NCBI GenBank assembly: GCA_964016885.1
Contig: OZ024755.1
Span: 15,314,001 to 15,378,000 of the forward strand
Source: Eledone cirrhosa
Lineage: Eukaryota
DNA length: 64,000 nt
Direction: 5' to 3'
Shown: one piece after another, positions 32,044 through 45,047 of the stretch
How the letters are laid out: every line of letters begins with the position of its first letter
Numbering within the stretch: the stretch's first letter is position 1
Program-made: the position numbers and the translations under genes
The notes under the pieces: generated by a model
Told to the model about the DNA's origin: nothing
The model's input: only the letters and a program-made list of their open reading frames with translations
The model's database searches: none

Positions 32044-32192
32044 ATAATTTCCTAATCTCCTTCACGCCGACGTTTTATATTTCTTGGTGCAATACTTGCT
32101 TTATATCTATCTATATATATAGAGAGAGAGAGAGATAGATATAAAGCAAGTATTGCACCAAGAAAAAAAAAGGCGGCGTGAAGGAGATTAGG

Positions 32193-32199
<7 letters not shown>
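32044..32199. repeat. Inverted repeat (~68-bp arms) around a TA/GA microsatellite
   Basis: ATAATTTCCTAATCTCCTTCACGCCG...CTTGCTTTATATCTATC and its reverse complement. Confidence 0.85.
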
Positions 32200-32227
<28 letters not shown>

Positions 32228-32675
32228 TTATACGGATATATCTATTTGCTGTTCTACCGAGTGGGGTTGTCGTTAGTTCATTTTGTTTGTCCTGTCATGC
32301 GAGTCGTTGTTTAGCATTAATCAGGTGGTGGTGTAGCCGCTGGTGGCAGTGGAAGTGTTGCTGATGGTAGTGGTGGTATTGGTGGTTGGGGTCGTCATAC
32401 TGATGGTGCTATCGGAGGCGATGGTATTGGTGTTGTTATTTTTTTGTTTTACCCGAAGCGTTTTTAACACATCCTGCTTGTCATCATACCTGTGTTGATA
32501 AAATAACAACAAATCATGTACTCGAATCGAATCAGTTAACTGTGTCCCTGCCTCTACAACTGTGCAATTGTGTGCCAATGAATCTAATCAACAATATATC
32601 GATCTTTAACATTGGGATGAGTCTTCAATTTTGTTAGATAGCTAAACCTTGACCTCTTTATTTAGCTGGTATTAT

Positions 32676-33110
32676 ATTGACTTTGCCTTTCATCCTTACG
32701 GGGTCGATAAAATAAAGTACCAGTAATGCACTGGGTAATTGCTGGCCTTGTGCCTAAAGTAGAAACAATTATATTGTATCAACGTACCCGTCGGGGTTAG
32801 CTATATCGTTTTTCCTTACGGGGTCAATAAAATAAAGTAACAGTAACGCACTGAAGTCGATTTAAGTGACTTTCCGGTCCATCAATATTGTTGGGCTTGA
32901 GCCCTCAAGTTAGGGCGGTTAATTGGCAGTATCGGTAGAGCGTCGGACACCAAGCTTTGTGACATATAGTTACAATCCTTTAGGTGCTGAGTTCAAATCC
33001 CGTCGAGGTTAAGATTTGCCTTTCATCATAAAATTAAGTACTGGATTCGATTTAATAGACTTTCCCCTCCCCCAAATTGTTGGTTTATACCTACATCAGC
33101 AACCATTATG
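32676..33110 (+). mobile_element. Cluster of three partial or complete SINE copies
   Basis: Repeated core TCCTTACGGGGTC(G/A)ATAAAATAAAGTA. A and B boxes at about 32923 and 32990. Confidence 0.85.
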
Positions 33111-33325
33111 AGGTAGCAACCTTTTTTCATGGTGTAGAGTAGTTTAGGTCGAACTTACCCACAACGTCTATATAAAGGAATATATAAGTAACCAGGTTTT
33201 GAAAAACTAATAACTTCGATGGAAATTCGAAGCAAATAGCCACAATCATTTAAAAAGATGTTCCTATGAATCATTCAGCCGGTGCATATGTTTAGCGTTC
33301 ATCAAACTGATCCATCAATTTGGCA

Positions 33326-33382
<57 letters not shown>

Positions 33383-34103
33383 TATAAATATGTGGGGGGG
33401 GGGGGATATATATATATATATATGCATTGACAGGTTATCCTACAGTGATTTACTGGTGCCTCTTTTCGTATATATTTACTGTACCACAGAAGAAATAAAA
33501 TTATCTTTATAGGCATATATGAAATCAGATTACTGAAAGCATTTGTAGACAGACAGGTGGAAAGGAATCGATTATTTATTTTTAACAATAACCATCCAAT
33601 AAATCAATATAATTACAGACACCAATAAAGTGTTCGGTGAGTGGAGTAAATTTAGAAAACTAATACAATCCATTGTTTTTCGACTGCTACCGGTTTCTCT
33701 CCGTTTGTATATCCTGTCTTAAGCTCCCTAACCAATATAGAAACCCAACATATATAGAGTGTAAGTGATAAAGAGTGAGAGGTAAAATTATTCTACAATT
33801 ATCAATGAGTCATGAAGTGTGAAGGTGCATGACTTAGTTGTTAATGTATGAAGCTCATAATTGCACAGTTGTGATGTCGATTCCCAGACATGACGTTACG
33901 TGTGGTCCATAAGCGAGGTACTTTATTTTTATTGCTCTAGTTTGCTCAGCCATACAAACCCCCGAAAAAAGAGAAAAGGTAGTCGTATCTGATCTCAAAA
34001 TATATCGCACAGAATCTCATTTTGAATTAGTTTCAACAAATGTATTTACGGAATGTTCGACAACTTGCGCTTTAAGTTCAAGAAAAGTGTGTTCGTTTGT
34101 TAA

Positions 34104-34152
<49 letters not shown>

Positions 34153-34256
34153 GTATTTTATATATGTTATATATATGTATTTTATATATTATATATATAT
34201 ATATATATTATATATGTTATATATATGTATTTTATATATGTTATATATATGTATTT

Positions 34257-34295
<39 letters not shown>

Positions 34296-34308
34296 GTATT
34301 TTATATAT

Positions 34309-34339
<31 letters not shown>

Positions 34340-34507
34340 TATATATATTATATATATATATATATATGAATTTTATATATTATATATATATATATATATA
34401 TATTATATATTATATATATATATATATATATTATATATGTATTTTATATATTATATATATATATATATATATATGAATTTTATATATTATATATATATAT
34501 ATATATA

Positions 34508-35100
34508 TAAAATATTAAAAAAATAATGAATAAAACAATGAAACAGTTCCTTATATTAAACAAAAAAAGTTCATTATTTAACGATCGTTTCTAGGATATA
34601 TATGTGTTAGAATTGGCATGCATATTCAACAGATCTATGTACAAAATTATACAAACAATCAAAATTAAATATACATACCCAACACATATATATGCCGTCT
34701 TCAGAAATAATGAAATATATTTATTAAATATATTTAATAAATATATTTCATTATTTCTGAAGACGGCATATATATGTGTTGGGTATGTATATTTAATTTT
34801 GATAGTTTGTATAATTTTGTATAATTTTGTACATAGATCTGTTGAATATGCATGCCAATTCTAACACATATATATCCTAGAAACGATCGTTAAATAATGA
34901 ACTTTTTTTGTTTAATATAAGGAACTGTTTCATTGTTTTATTCATTATTTTTTTAATATTTTATCTTGACTCTGTATTCCGTTTATCTTTCACCGAAAGT
35001 GATTTTTCATTGCATCTCTTCTTTCCATGATATCCGGATTACATTGAGTACTTCATACGGATTGGACACTACCGTAAACTCTTGGTAGATTTATCTACAT
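34508..35100. mobile_element. Large spacerless palindrome (~225-bp arms) with tail, PLE-type remnant
   Basis: Symmetry axis at 34730/34731. Unique tail 34965-35100. Confidence 0.85.
34747..34901 (+). ncRNA. Type I hammerhead ribozyme with ~115-nt extended stem II
   Basis: Stem I TTCATTATTT/AAATAATGAA (10 bp), CTGAAGA, long hairpin, GAAA, palindromic stem III ACGATCGT and triplet GTT. Confidence 0.75.
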
Positions 35101-35120
35101 ATATATATATATATGAATTT

Positions 35121-35194
<74 letters not shown>

Positions 35195-35197
35195 TTT

Positions 35198-35252
<55 letters not shown>

Positions 35253-35255
35253 TTT

Positions 35256-35290
<35 letters not shown>

Positions 35291-35295
35291 AATTT

Positions 35296-35336
<41 letters not shown>

Positions 35337-35339
35337 TTT

Positions 35340-35378
<39 letters not shown>

Positions 35379-35381
35379 TTT

Positions 35382-35422
<41 letters not shown>

Positions 35423-35461
35423 TTTTATATATTATATATATATATATATATATATGAATTT

Positions 35462-35541
<80 letters not shown>

Positions 35542-35544
35542 TTT

Positions 35545-35587
<43 letters not shown>

Positions 35588-35626
35588 TTTTATATATTAT
35601 ATATATATATATATATATATGTATTT

Positions 35627-35658
<32 letters not shown>

Positions 35659-35666
35659 GAATTTTT

Positions 35667-35707
<41 letters not shown>

Positions 35708-35833
35708 TTTTTTTATATTATATATATATATATATATGTATTTTATATATTATATATATATATATATGTATTTTATATATTATATATATATATATGTATT
35801 TTATATATTATATATATATATATATATTATATA

Positions 35834-36691
35834 CGAGGTGGGTCAGAAAAGTTCAAGGATTGATGTCACAAAAGATTTATTTCAAACCCAAACTTCACAC
35901 GAAGATTTTTTCCTTCAAAGTAATCCCCTGGAGACTAATGCACTTTTCCATCCTTTTCTGCCACGCTTGCATGCACTCCTGGAATGATTCTTCCGGGGTC
36001 CTCCGCAGTTCTGTCGTTACGGTCTTTTTGATGTCGTCCACGTCTTCAAAACGAGTCCCCTCCGGGTCGTGCTCGAATATCCATGACTCATCACCGGCCA
36101 TGACTGTCCCTAGCAAGTCTGGTTCGGTTTCAAGACGCTCGAGGATGTTCTGGCACACTTGCATGCGTTGACCCTTCTGGACATCGTTCAGCAGTTTTAG
36201 CACCATCTTCGTGCAGACTTTCCGCATGTCCAAATCTTCAGTGAGAATATTCCAGACGCTGTCCCGATTCATGCCCAGCTCATTTGCCATCAGTCGAACA
36301 GTCAGCCGACGATCGCTACGCACCATCTGCCTGACGCGCTCAACGTTGAGCTCAGTCCTGGTTGATAAGGGTCTTCCGCTCCTGGTGTCATCTTCCACGT
36401 CCTCGCCTCCTTCTTTAAACATCTTGCACCACTCAAAAACCCGTGAGCCTGACACATCGTCTCATCTCCATACATTTGCTGCAGCAATCCCAGTGCTTCT
36501 GACAGAGTTTTCAAATTTGGAGGACATGTAAATAAAATTATGAAGAAAAAAGTTTGATCGCTGTAGAGAGCTAAGATGACAGTTACATACTTCATGGGGA
36601 TTACATTGAAGGAGAAAACTCTTAGTGTGAAGTTTGGGCTTGAAATAAATCTTTTGTGACATCAGTCCTGGAACTTTTCTGACCCACCTCG
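35834..36691 (-). mobile_element. Mariner-family DNA transposon, internally deleted
   Basis: ~95-bp TIRs starting CGAGGTGGGTCAGAAAAGTT, flanked by TA. Translation VFEWCKMFKEG..DDTRSGRP..DRRLTVR..GDESWIFEHDPE is fused directly to GTRFEDVDDIK, so the rest of the DD34D core is missing. Confidence 0.95.
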
Positions 36692-37698
36692 TATATATAT
36701 ATATATATATATTTTATATATATTCATTAGTTAAGCAAAACAAGACCACAAATTTCAAAAGGAAGACATTATTAAACAATTGTCAACATATTTTAGTTTG
36801 ATGTATATATATATATAAAATTATAAGCGTGAAGAACAGACACAAGAAGATGTATATATATATATTAAGAGGAACAATACGAGGTTACAAATATTATGTA
36901 GCATAAGTGATAAACATTAAGCTATAATATTATTCTATAATTATTCATGACTCATAAGGTGGGTGTTTGTTCTAATTTTCGATAGAGAATCATATATGAC
37001 GCATAAAACCTATTCTAATATAGGTTATGCTGTTGGAAACAAACTCTAACGAATGGCAGATTTTTAATTTGAAAATTTACTCATTAAACGCAATGTTAAA
37101 TTTTGGAGTAAATTAGCTTGGAAGGATATTAAGTGTAGTTAGTTTAGAATTAGATTATCACCTCAATGATGCTTTAATTAGATACGTAATTGTTTACAAT
37201 CCCTTTTAGTACCCAATTCTGATTTACTGTTATGAGTATATAGAATACATGTTGAATTACAGAGTGAGTAAGTCCGTATCATGGCAGCCATAAATCTGGA
37301 AATGTTTGATGGTTTGTATTTAGTAACTCATAGTGTTATATAGCTATAAGCAAGACACTTAAGCATCTTTAACTCGGTATAAATAGAAGATAACATATGA
37401 ATATCGTTTTACTGCAGCTTAGAAACAAATATTAAACGGTTGCTGTTATTGATATTTAACACAACGGGAAAGCTGATCAATAAGACATGAACACCACGTA
37501 TTTGTTCTGCGAGCTATATAGTCGAATGTTTTGCGCTCAAGATGTGTACTTGTTTTGCAACTATATAGATATTTACAGCATTGGCTTCCAACTTATACAT
37601 ATATTTGGTTATGCTTTTATATTTTTATGTCACCTTTTAACATACTATAAAAGGTAGATTGTCAACAACTATTATCACAACTTATTACCTATAGTCCA

Positions 37699-37885
37699 TA
37701 ATTGTTTCTACTTTAGGCACAAGGCCAATAATTAACCAGTGCATTACTGGTACTTTATTTTATCGACCCCGTAAGGATGAAAGGCAAAGTCAACCTCGGC
37801 GGGATTTGAACTCAGATCGTAAAGGGACGTAACTATGCTGGAAAGCATAGCGTCCGACCCTCTACCGATACTGCCAATCCACCGT
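37699..37885 (-). mobile_element. tRNA-derived SINE, full length, 14-bp TSD
   Basis: Same family as 31747. CTATAGTCCATAAT at 37689-37702 and 37886-37899. Confidence 0.92.
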
Positions 37886-38756
37886 CTATAGTCCATAATA
37901 GGAGGAAACTGAAAATGTTCTGCACCATCAAGTTTTAAATTAAAAAAAAAACGTCGTAGAATATCAATATTTTCTATTACCCTATATCTAGTAACCCCTA
38001 CATTTTTAAATATATCATTTATGATCCTTGTGACCCGTAGAGATAAAGCAAAGACGATAATATTGAGGATGGTGAAAAATAGGGCCGTATCGGAAAAGTC
38101 GTAAAATGCCAATAATTTCAGTTCCTCTAAGAGAAACCGCTAACGTTTTCGGAGTTTTGCTCTATTTCATCCTATTTGTGAATAGCAGAGAATAAAGTAA
38201 GACAGGGTCAAGTAGATTCACATCTGGTGTTACTAAATAATACTTGAGAAAAATCAGGTTTGGGGTACATCTATGAAATACTCAGGCTGAATATGGAGTT
38301 GCAACACTCTCCACCAACGCACGGAACGTAATACTTATACGTTTTATTGTGTGGGTTATTAGAGTTTGGTAAGTCTTTACCATCCTCATAAGACAGTGGG
38401 AAATAGGTGTTTAGCCAGTCAGAGGGGGCTTATCACCGATAGGTAAGTATGAGAGAGCCGGAGTTGTGTATAGGATTACGGTATGTATCATGTAGTGAAT
38501 TGGTTGAGATATATCAATGTATGAATGTGGCTTTGTAGTTAAGACTGATAATTCTGCAGTGTATAGAGTGAAGTTAAAGAAGCTTGGTAGACACTATAAC
38601 TACACGATACTTTAATATACATTGTAAACAAGTAAGAAAATATAAAAAATACACTTAATAGATTGAAAAAGTGAATATTTCTCTACCATTGTAAGTGCAC
38701 AATATTATACTAACACCTACAGTTGCACCTTACCTAATTGCCAGAAACAAACATCG

Positions 38757-38951
38757 GCCATATACACTCGAATATAATCTGAGGAATATATGACCTAAAC
38801 ACTCATGGTAGAAACGTGGTCGATACTTAGATGATTTTCACCAAATTCAAATCCTCCGTAAATAAGGTTAGGAGTTTTTCCCATTTCTCAGACATAAAAT
38901 GGGGAGAGGGTTGGCTTAAATTCGTATCGACTTATATTCGAGTATATACTA
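38757..38951. mobile_element. Degenerate pogo/Tigger-like MITE
   Basis: Imperfect TIRs TATACACTCGAATATAA / TTATATTCGAGTATATAC. Confidence 0.5.
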
Positions 38952-39959
38952 TAAATACTCTAAACGAGGTTAACGAATTACAGTTTGAAATGCCCCTATC
39001 ATAGATAAAACTTCGAAGTCACTGCTACTGTTTTCTTCGAAATATAAAACATATATTTCAAGCATTGATTGATCACTCGGTAAAGAGTTACTGCTTCTAT
39101 ACATATTTTTACATAAAACACCTGCCTCAATAATTATATGTATGTATATGTTATTTACGATGCTCTAACACTGTTTAAATCCCCATCCAGTCCGTACAAC
39201 ATTTTCAGCAATATATTTAGAATGTGAAAGCATTGTTTGTACAAACACACAATAATATGTGTGACTATGATGGAAAGTATCTGTATATGTCTACGTGTGT
39301 GAATGTATATGTGTGGGTGTGGTTGTGCGGGAGGGCGTGTATGTATTAGTGTGTATGTGCACAGGCTGTTGATTTTAGTAGGTGAAGATACACATTTAAG
39401 CATTTATAAATTAATTTATACGTTGTAAAAATGTTAAGAGGTAAATGAACATGAAATATTTTAGTACAGAAATGTGTTAAAGAAAGGAAATACAGTATAT
39501 TTATAACTTGAAATTTAGCATATTGTTAATTAATAGAAATGTACTGTTTAGAATATTGCTGTTTCGTACAGTGAAAGTCTATTTAAAAGCTATTGTCAGA
39601 TTACAGGAAATATAATAATATTAGTGGTAGTAATGTGACTGCGAAGGCGGGGAATTGACAGAGTTGTTAGAACCTCAGATAGAATACTTTGTGGCATTCT
39701 TTCCTGGTCTCTTCTCTCCGAGTTAAAATCCCGCCGAAGTCAACTTTGTCTTTATTCATTCAAGGTTGATAAAAAAGATAATACCAGTCTAATAATGGAG
39801 TCAATTATCCCCTATATCTCTTTCTCACTTCCATTCTCTCCCTCTCTATCCTTCTCTGGAAATCGCCTGCAATCAAACCTGGAGAGAGAGTATGTGTGCG
39901 TGTGAGTGAGTGAGTGAGTATATGGGTGTGATAGAGAGACTGAGGCAGAGAACACCATT

Positions 39960-40350
39960 GGTGTGGATTGGCAGTATCGGTAGAGAGTCGGACACCATGC
40001 TTTCCAGCATATTTACGTCCCTTTACGATCTGAGTTCAAATCCCGCCGAGGTTGACTTTGCCTTTCATCCTTACGGGGTCGATAAAATAAAGTACCAGTA
40101 ATGTACTGGGTAATTGCAGGCCTTGTGCCTAAAGTAGAAACAATTATTATTTTTCCAACATAGGCGGTGAATTGGCAGTATCGGTAGAGGGTCGGACATG
40201 CTTTCCAGCATAGTTACGTCCCCTTACGATCTGAGTTCAAATCCTGCCGTGGTTAACTTTGCCTTTCATCCTTACGGGGCCGATAAAATAAAGTACCAGT
40301 AACGTACTCGGTAATTGCTGGCCTCGTGCCAAATGTAGAAACAATTATTT
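39960..40350 (+). mobile_element. Two head-to-tail tRNA-derived SINEs (39960-40150, 40162-40350)
   Basis: Each has an A box, B box, core and AGAAACAATTATT end. Confidence 0.92.
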
Positions 40351-41164
40351 TTACATTTGACCTCCCACCTCAAAATTTTATTTTTTTATTTTCACTGTAT
40401 TTCATGCAGTCTAAATAAAAACGAAAATGTTTTTAACGTTTTGTGAGGTTTTTACATTCCTGTGACAGATGGACAACAACTCCTGTACAATTACTATTAC
40501 ATAGATTTATCCATGATTCTGTTAGGCTTCGCATTTACTACTTTTTCTCAATTTATTTCAACATATCTATTTTGTTTTCGTTTGTTATTTTTATGGCGAT
40601 ATTTTTTTCTATTCTCATTTAGCATCAACATTCCTTTTTCTCGCCTACTACCATTATATCTACAACAATATCTCTCTCCCCACTCTCTCTGTATATATCT
40701 CTCTCTATCTATCCCTCTACAACTTTATCTCCCTGTTAGTCCCTCCGTTTCAATCTAACTCACTCTCTATCATTCCTCTGTTAGTCCCCCTTTTTGTCTC
40801 CCTCTTTTCCAGTCCCCCTCTATCTCACTCTCTTTCTCTCTTAGTGTCCCCCTGTTTCACACACACTCACTCTCACTCTCTTTCTCTGCTTCCAATATTT
40901 GTCTGACAAAGCCGACCTTGTTGATTAGTTCCATTGTGGAAAAAAAATTGCTCCCATGTCACGTATTTTGTTCGAGTGAGAAACTGGACTTGCTCATTGT
41001 GTTGATGATGTTAAATGCTATGATTTTGTTTATCATGTTGGCGCAGTCTTGCGGAAGTCGTTGGTGATATGATATATACTCAACAGTTTGGCGGATGTCA
41101 GTGATGGCTGTGCAGGAAACCGATTTAGTGCCTCTGGTCATACAGTTATTATCGCAGGTGGATG

Positions 41165-41320
41165 CATGTATGGTTTAAAGGTTAAAGCGTTGGATTCAAA
41201 ATTATGAGGTCTCGTGTTCAACCCACATATTTGGAATTTGGGCAAGTATCGTTACCATAGCCTCGGGTCAACCGAAACCTTTATAAAATTCGATAACCTG
41301 AAACTGTATGGAAGGCTGTC
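41165..41320 (+). mobile_element. Older tRNA-derived SINE of a different family
   Basis: TGGTTTAAAGGTTAAAGCG...GTTCAACCC...TTGGGCAAGT head and core-like motifs. Confidence 0.5.
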
Positions 41321-42039
41321 AGATGAATTGAATTACACCTGAAATTCAGGTGTCCAGCCTTGTCACATATTTTGTCATATTGGGTCGGTAATGGAATCAT
41401 GTTAAGAGTACATAGGTTTGGGGGAATACTCAACCACTTATATGTTAATTTACGAGTTGGATTTCCAGCTGATAGAACAATTGAATGCTCGTCGTCGAAA
41501 TCCACGGAAACTCTCTTCATCCTTGTATGTAGCAAGTCATTAGGATGTAGCAGTTGTTTTTTAATGTCTTGCTTGTCGTTATAACCAGAACGACTGATAA
41601 TTGCAGAGTGTTGCTGCGCATATGAATTTAGCAGTGTTGGTAATGAGTGTTTGCTTTCTCTACATGTATTCGTGTCGTGTTTTTTATAAGGGACATTAGT
41701 GACAAGAGGGATAATTGTGGTATGATAAGTTCATTATAGTGGTGACTATGGTTATTGTTGAACTGTTAATGGCCTTACTAATGATGGGTCACCTTATGGA
41801 AGTAGTTTATGCGAGCTTTTTAATAAGTTCTCTGCATTTCTTCTAAAATCGTTTATAAAGGAAGCAAGACAGCTTTTTTTCTTATAAAAGTGGTGACGTT
41901 GGTGGGCAACGCTGACTGGTGTTAGTGATGGTGGTGATGGCAGCAGTGGTGCTAGTGGTGTTGATGATGATGACGGCAGTAGTGATAGTGAGAGTGGTGA
42001 CGACGGTGATGTTACAGCGATATTCTTGCTATTAAAAGT

Positions 42040-42180
42040 AATAATTGTTTCTACTTTTGGCACAAGGCCAGCAATTAACGCATTACTGGTACTTTATTTT
42101 ATCGACCCCGTAAGGATGAAAGGCAAAGTTAACCTCGACTGGATTTGAACTCAGACCGTAAAGGGACGTAACTATGCTGG
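42040..42180 (-). mobile_element. 5'-truncated SINE copy
   Basis: Reverse complement of the B box, core and 3' end. Older degenerate copies occur near 19380-19560, 27050-27190, 28860-29060, 39645-39800 and 63050-63200. Confidence 0.88.
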
Positions 42181-43590
42181 TTTTGATGGTGATGTTATTG
42201 TCTTGTTTAGTTCTAAGGCAGACATGATCGAGGGGACCTATGTTCAACTTTATTCCAGCCATGATCATCCCGTATTTTTAGGCAGTTAATCTAAGATAAC
42301 ATTATTCGATGTTCATTGTTATTTTTGTGTTAGAAAGGTAGGGTGTCGTTTGAAGGAGATTTAGTTGGTAATTTTAGCAGATCAATCGTGGTTTCCATGC
42401 AACTTATGTGGCTGGTGAAACTACTTATAACAGAGGTAGTAGAAGTATGAACCCCACAAAAAAAATTAGAGTGAGTCGCCACCCATTCCGCCCACAATAT
42501 TTTTTCTTCTAATAGTTATTTCCCTCTAGGGTAAAATCCGTACAGCTTTGGGTAATATGTTTTGTCACATTTGTTCCTGCTTTTCAGCTTTCTGAGGTCG
42601 TAAAATAAAATAACAGCGAAATACAGGGGTCGATATAATAGGGTTTCCATTCACAAGAATTGCAGTCCCTGTTCGGGGACTAGAAATCATTAATTTTTCC
42701 CTTCTTGCTTCCTTTTGTCTATATTTTATAAATGTATTTCTATGTTTCTCGTGATTAGAATTTTCGTAGTTGTAATGGCGTTAATAATTTCGGTATTTCT
42801 GTTGTTGGTTTTATTGTTAATGTTTGCAGAGAGGTGAGAAATGGTGGGGCTATATGAGCTATTAATAGTAGTGATAATTATATAGAACGGGTGAAAACAT
42901 AGCAGTAACACTCATTAGAAAGATTATATCCCCGAACAGGGACTGCAATTCGTGAGAATGGAAACCCTATTATATCTACCCCTGTATTTCGCTGTTATTT
43001 TATTATGACCCCTTAGCCTTTGTCAAGGCAGAATTCTAGGAGGAGGAAAATTCTGAGATAACACCTGCAACTCTGATGGTATCCAATGATGTTGACTTGT
43101 TCTTCTTTTTGGTAAATATCATCTTGGTTAAGAGAGTGGGACTGGCTTTGTGCAGTGCCTTTGCTCACTATAAAAGCTTCACAGCACAGGCATTGCTTTA
43201 TATCTGGAGATCTCTCTGCACTTGTTGTCACATATTACCATAGGCCCAGCACTATGTGTCGATAATTGTCACAAGTGCAGTGTTTGTACCAGAGTTTTCA
43301 GGTCGCTGGCTGGACTAGAAAGTCACACTTGTTCAGCGCATCGGTAGGGGTTCTCCTACATGGATATAAAGTAGTGGCCGTACTCGAAATATATATATAT
43401 ATACGTGGTCGGGTCAATAATCTCTAATACTCGGTATGAAAAGAAAAAGCTAGAACATTCAAACATGTATATACATATATATACATATATATACGTGTAT
43501 ATACATATATATGCATATATATATATACATGTATATACATATACATGTATATATATATACATGTATATACATATACATGTATCTATCTAT

Positions 43591-44469
43591 CTAAGGCGCG
43601 TAAAATTCCCGAGATCCATGGACGAGTTCTCTCCAGCGGTCTCTGTCCCTCATTATCGCTGCCATATCCTGCATCTCCAACAGACCAGTGTCTGTCCTTA
43701 GGGCATCAACATATGTTAACCTTAGTCTTCCTCTTCTAGTGTGTCCATGTAGGGGCTCCCAAAGGAGCACTGAGTGCAATGTCAACTCTGGATGTCGGTG
43801 AGCATGTCCAGCCAACCTCAGTCTCCTCTGTGTCACTTTTGAGCTGACTTTTGGAATGCTCCCATACAGCTCTGAGTTGTTCATCCTCAGTGTATACTGA
43901 TTAATGTTCAGAGCCATCCTCAGCATTCTCGTGTAGCACCCATCCACCATCTGAGTGAGTCTCTTGGTCAGTGTCCAAGTCTCAGACCCATACAGCAGCA
44001 CAGACTCCACTACAGCAGTGAAGGGGCGGATTTTCAGGTCTCTACGAAGGTCCGACTTCCACACCGATCTCAAGCTGTGACACGCCGCCCAGGCCTTGCT
44101 CTTCCTCTCAACCACATCATGTTCCGTATTCCCAATCTTTGCTCCCAAATACAGGAAGTCCTCAACCAATTCCAGCGGCTTCCCGCCTACATTAGTGATC
44201 CCCTCTGGCTTCTCAACATTCTCTACCTTTTTTATCATCGTAGTGGACTATTGTATGCGCCTTGCACTGGAGAAACACCAGGACTCTGGCTTTACTGTAG
44301 CACCGGCTCAGAGCAGGAGAGTTGGGGCGAAAAAGGTATCGGATGCTGAATTTGCCGACGACATAGTTTTGGTGACAAATACAGTGAAGGAGGCAGAGGA
44401 TTTGATGCGGGAGGTTGAGACTGTGTCGATGAGTGTGGGGCTGAGAATGAATGAGACTAAAACAAAATA
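43591..44469 (-). mobile_element. RTE-clade LINE, 5'-truncated with 5' inversion
   Basis: Minus 43591-44227 encodes VEDFLYLG...VLLYGSETWTL...RRLRLAGH. Plus 44224-44469 encodes the immediately upstream LFIIVVDY...EFADDI...[11 protein letters not shown]. Confidence 0.93.
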
Positions 44470-45040
44470 TACATGTATATACATATATATATACATGTAT
44501 ATACATATAGATATACATGTATATATACATGTATATAGATATACATGTATATATACATGTATATAGATATACATGTATATATACATGTATATACATATAA
44601 GTGTATATACATATATATGTATATACATGTATGTATATACATATATGTATATACATATATATGTATATACATATATATGTATATACATATATATGTATAT
44701 ACATATATATGTATATACATATATATGTATATACATATATATACATATATATATATGTATATACATATATATACATATATATACATATATATACATGTAT
44801 ATACATATATATATACATGTATATACATATATATACATGTGTATACATATATATACATGTATATACATATATATACATGTATATACATGTATATACATAT
44901 ATATACATGTATATGTATATACATATATATACATGTATATGTATATACATATATATGTATATACATATATGTATATATATATGTATATACATATATATAT
45001 ATATATGTATATACATATATATGTATATACATATACATAT
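44470..45040. repeat. (TATACATGTA)-type compound microsatellite
   Basis: Same unit type as 43465-43580 on the other side of the RTE. Confidence 0.95.
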
Positions 45041-45047
45041 GTCAGCA

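Larger units (their letters stand above)
34107..35833. repeat. TA satellite with TG(A/T)ATTTTATATAT units, interrupted by a palindromic insertion
   Basis: Direct inspection. Same unit on both sides of 34508-35100. Confidence 0.95.

Noticed and set aside
34107-35833. CRISPR-like repeat-spacer array
   Set aside because: The spacers are only variable-length TA runs, the context is eukaryotic and there are no cas genes.
38120-38175. Possible additional hammerhead (minus strand GAG-caaaa-CTC-C-GAAA-ACGT-TA)
   Set aside because: Only the 3' half is recognisable. CUGANGA and stem I are not intact.
40900-41640. Short minus-strand ORFs as possible exons or TE proteins
   Set aside because: No recognisable motif or convincing splice-site pair.
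31747-42180. tRNA genes
   Set aside because: The A/B boxes belong to SINE heads, with no complete cloverleaf. The short ORFs ending FHPYGVDKIKYQ are SINE translations.
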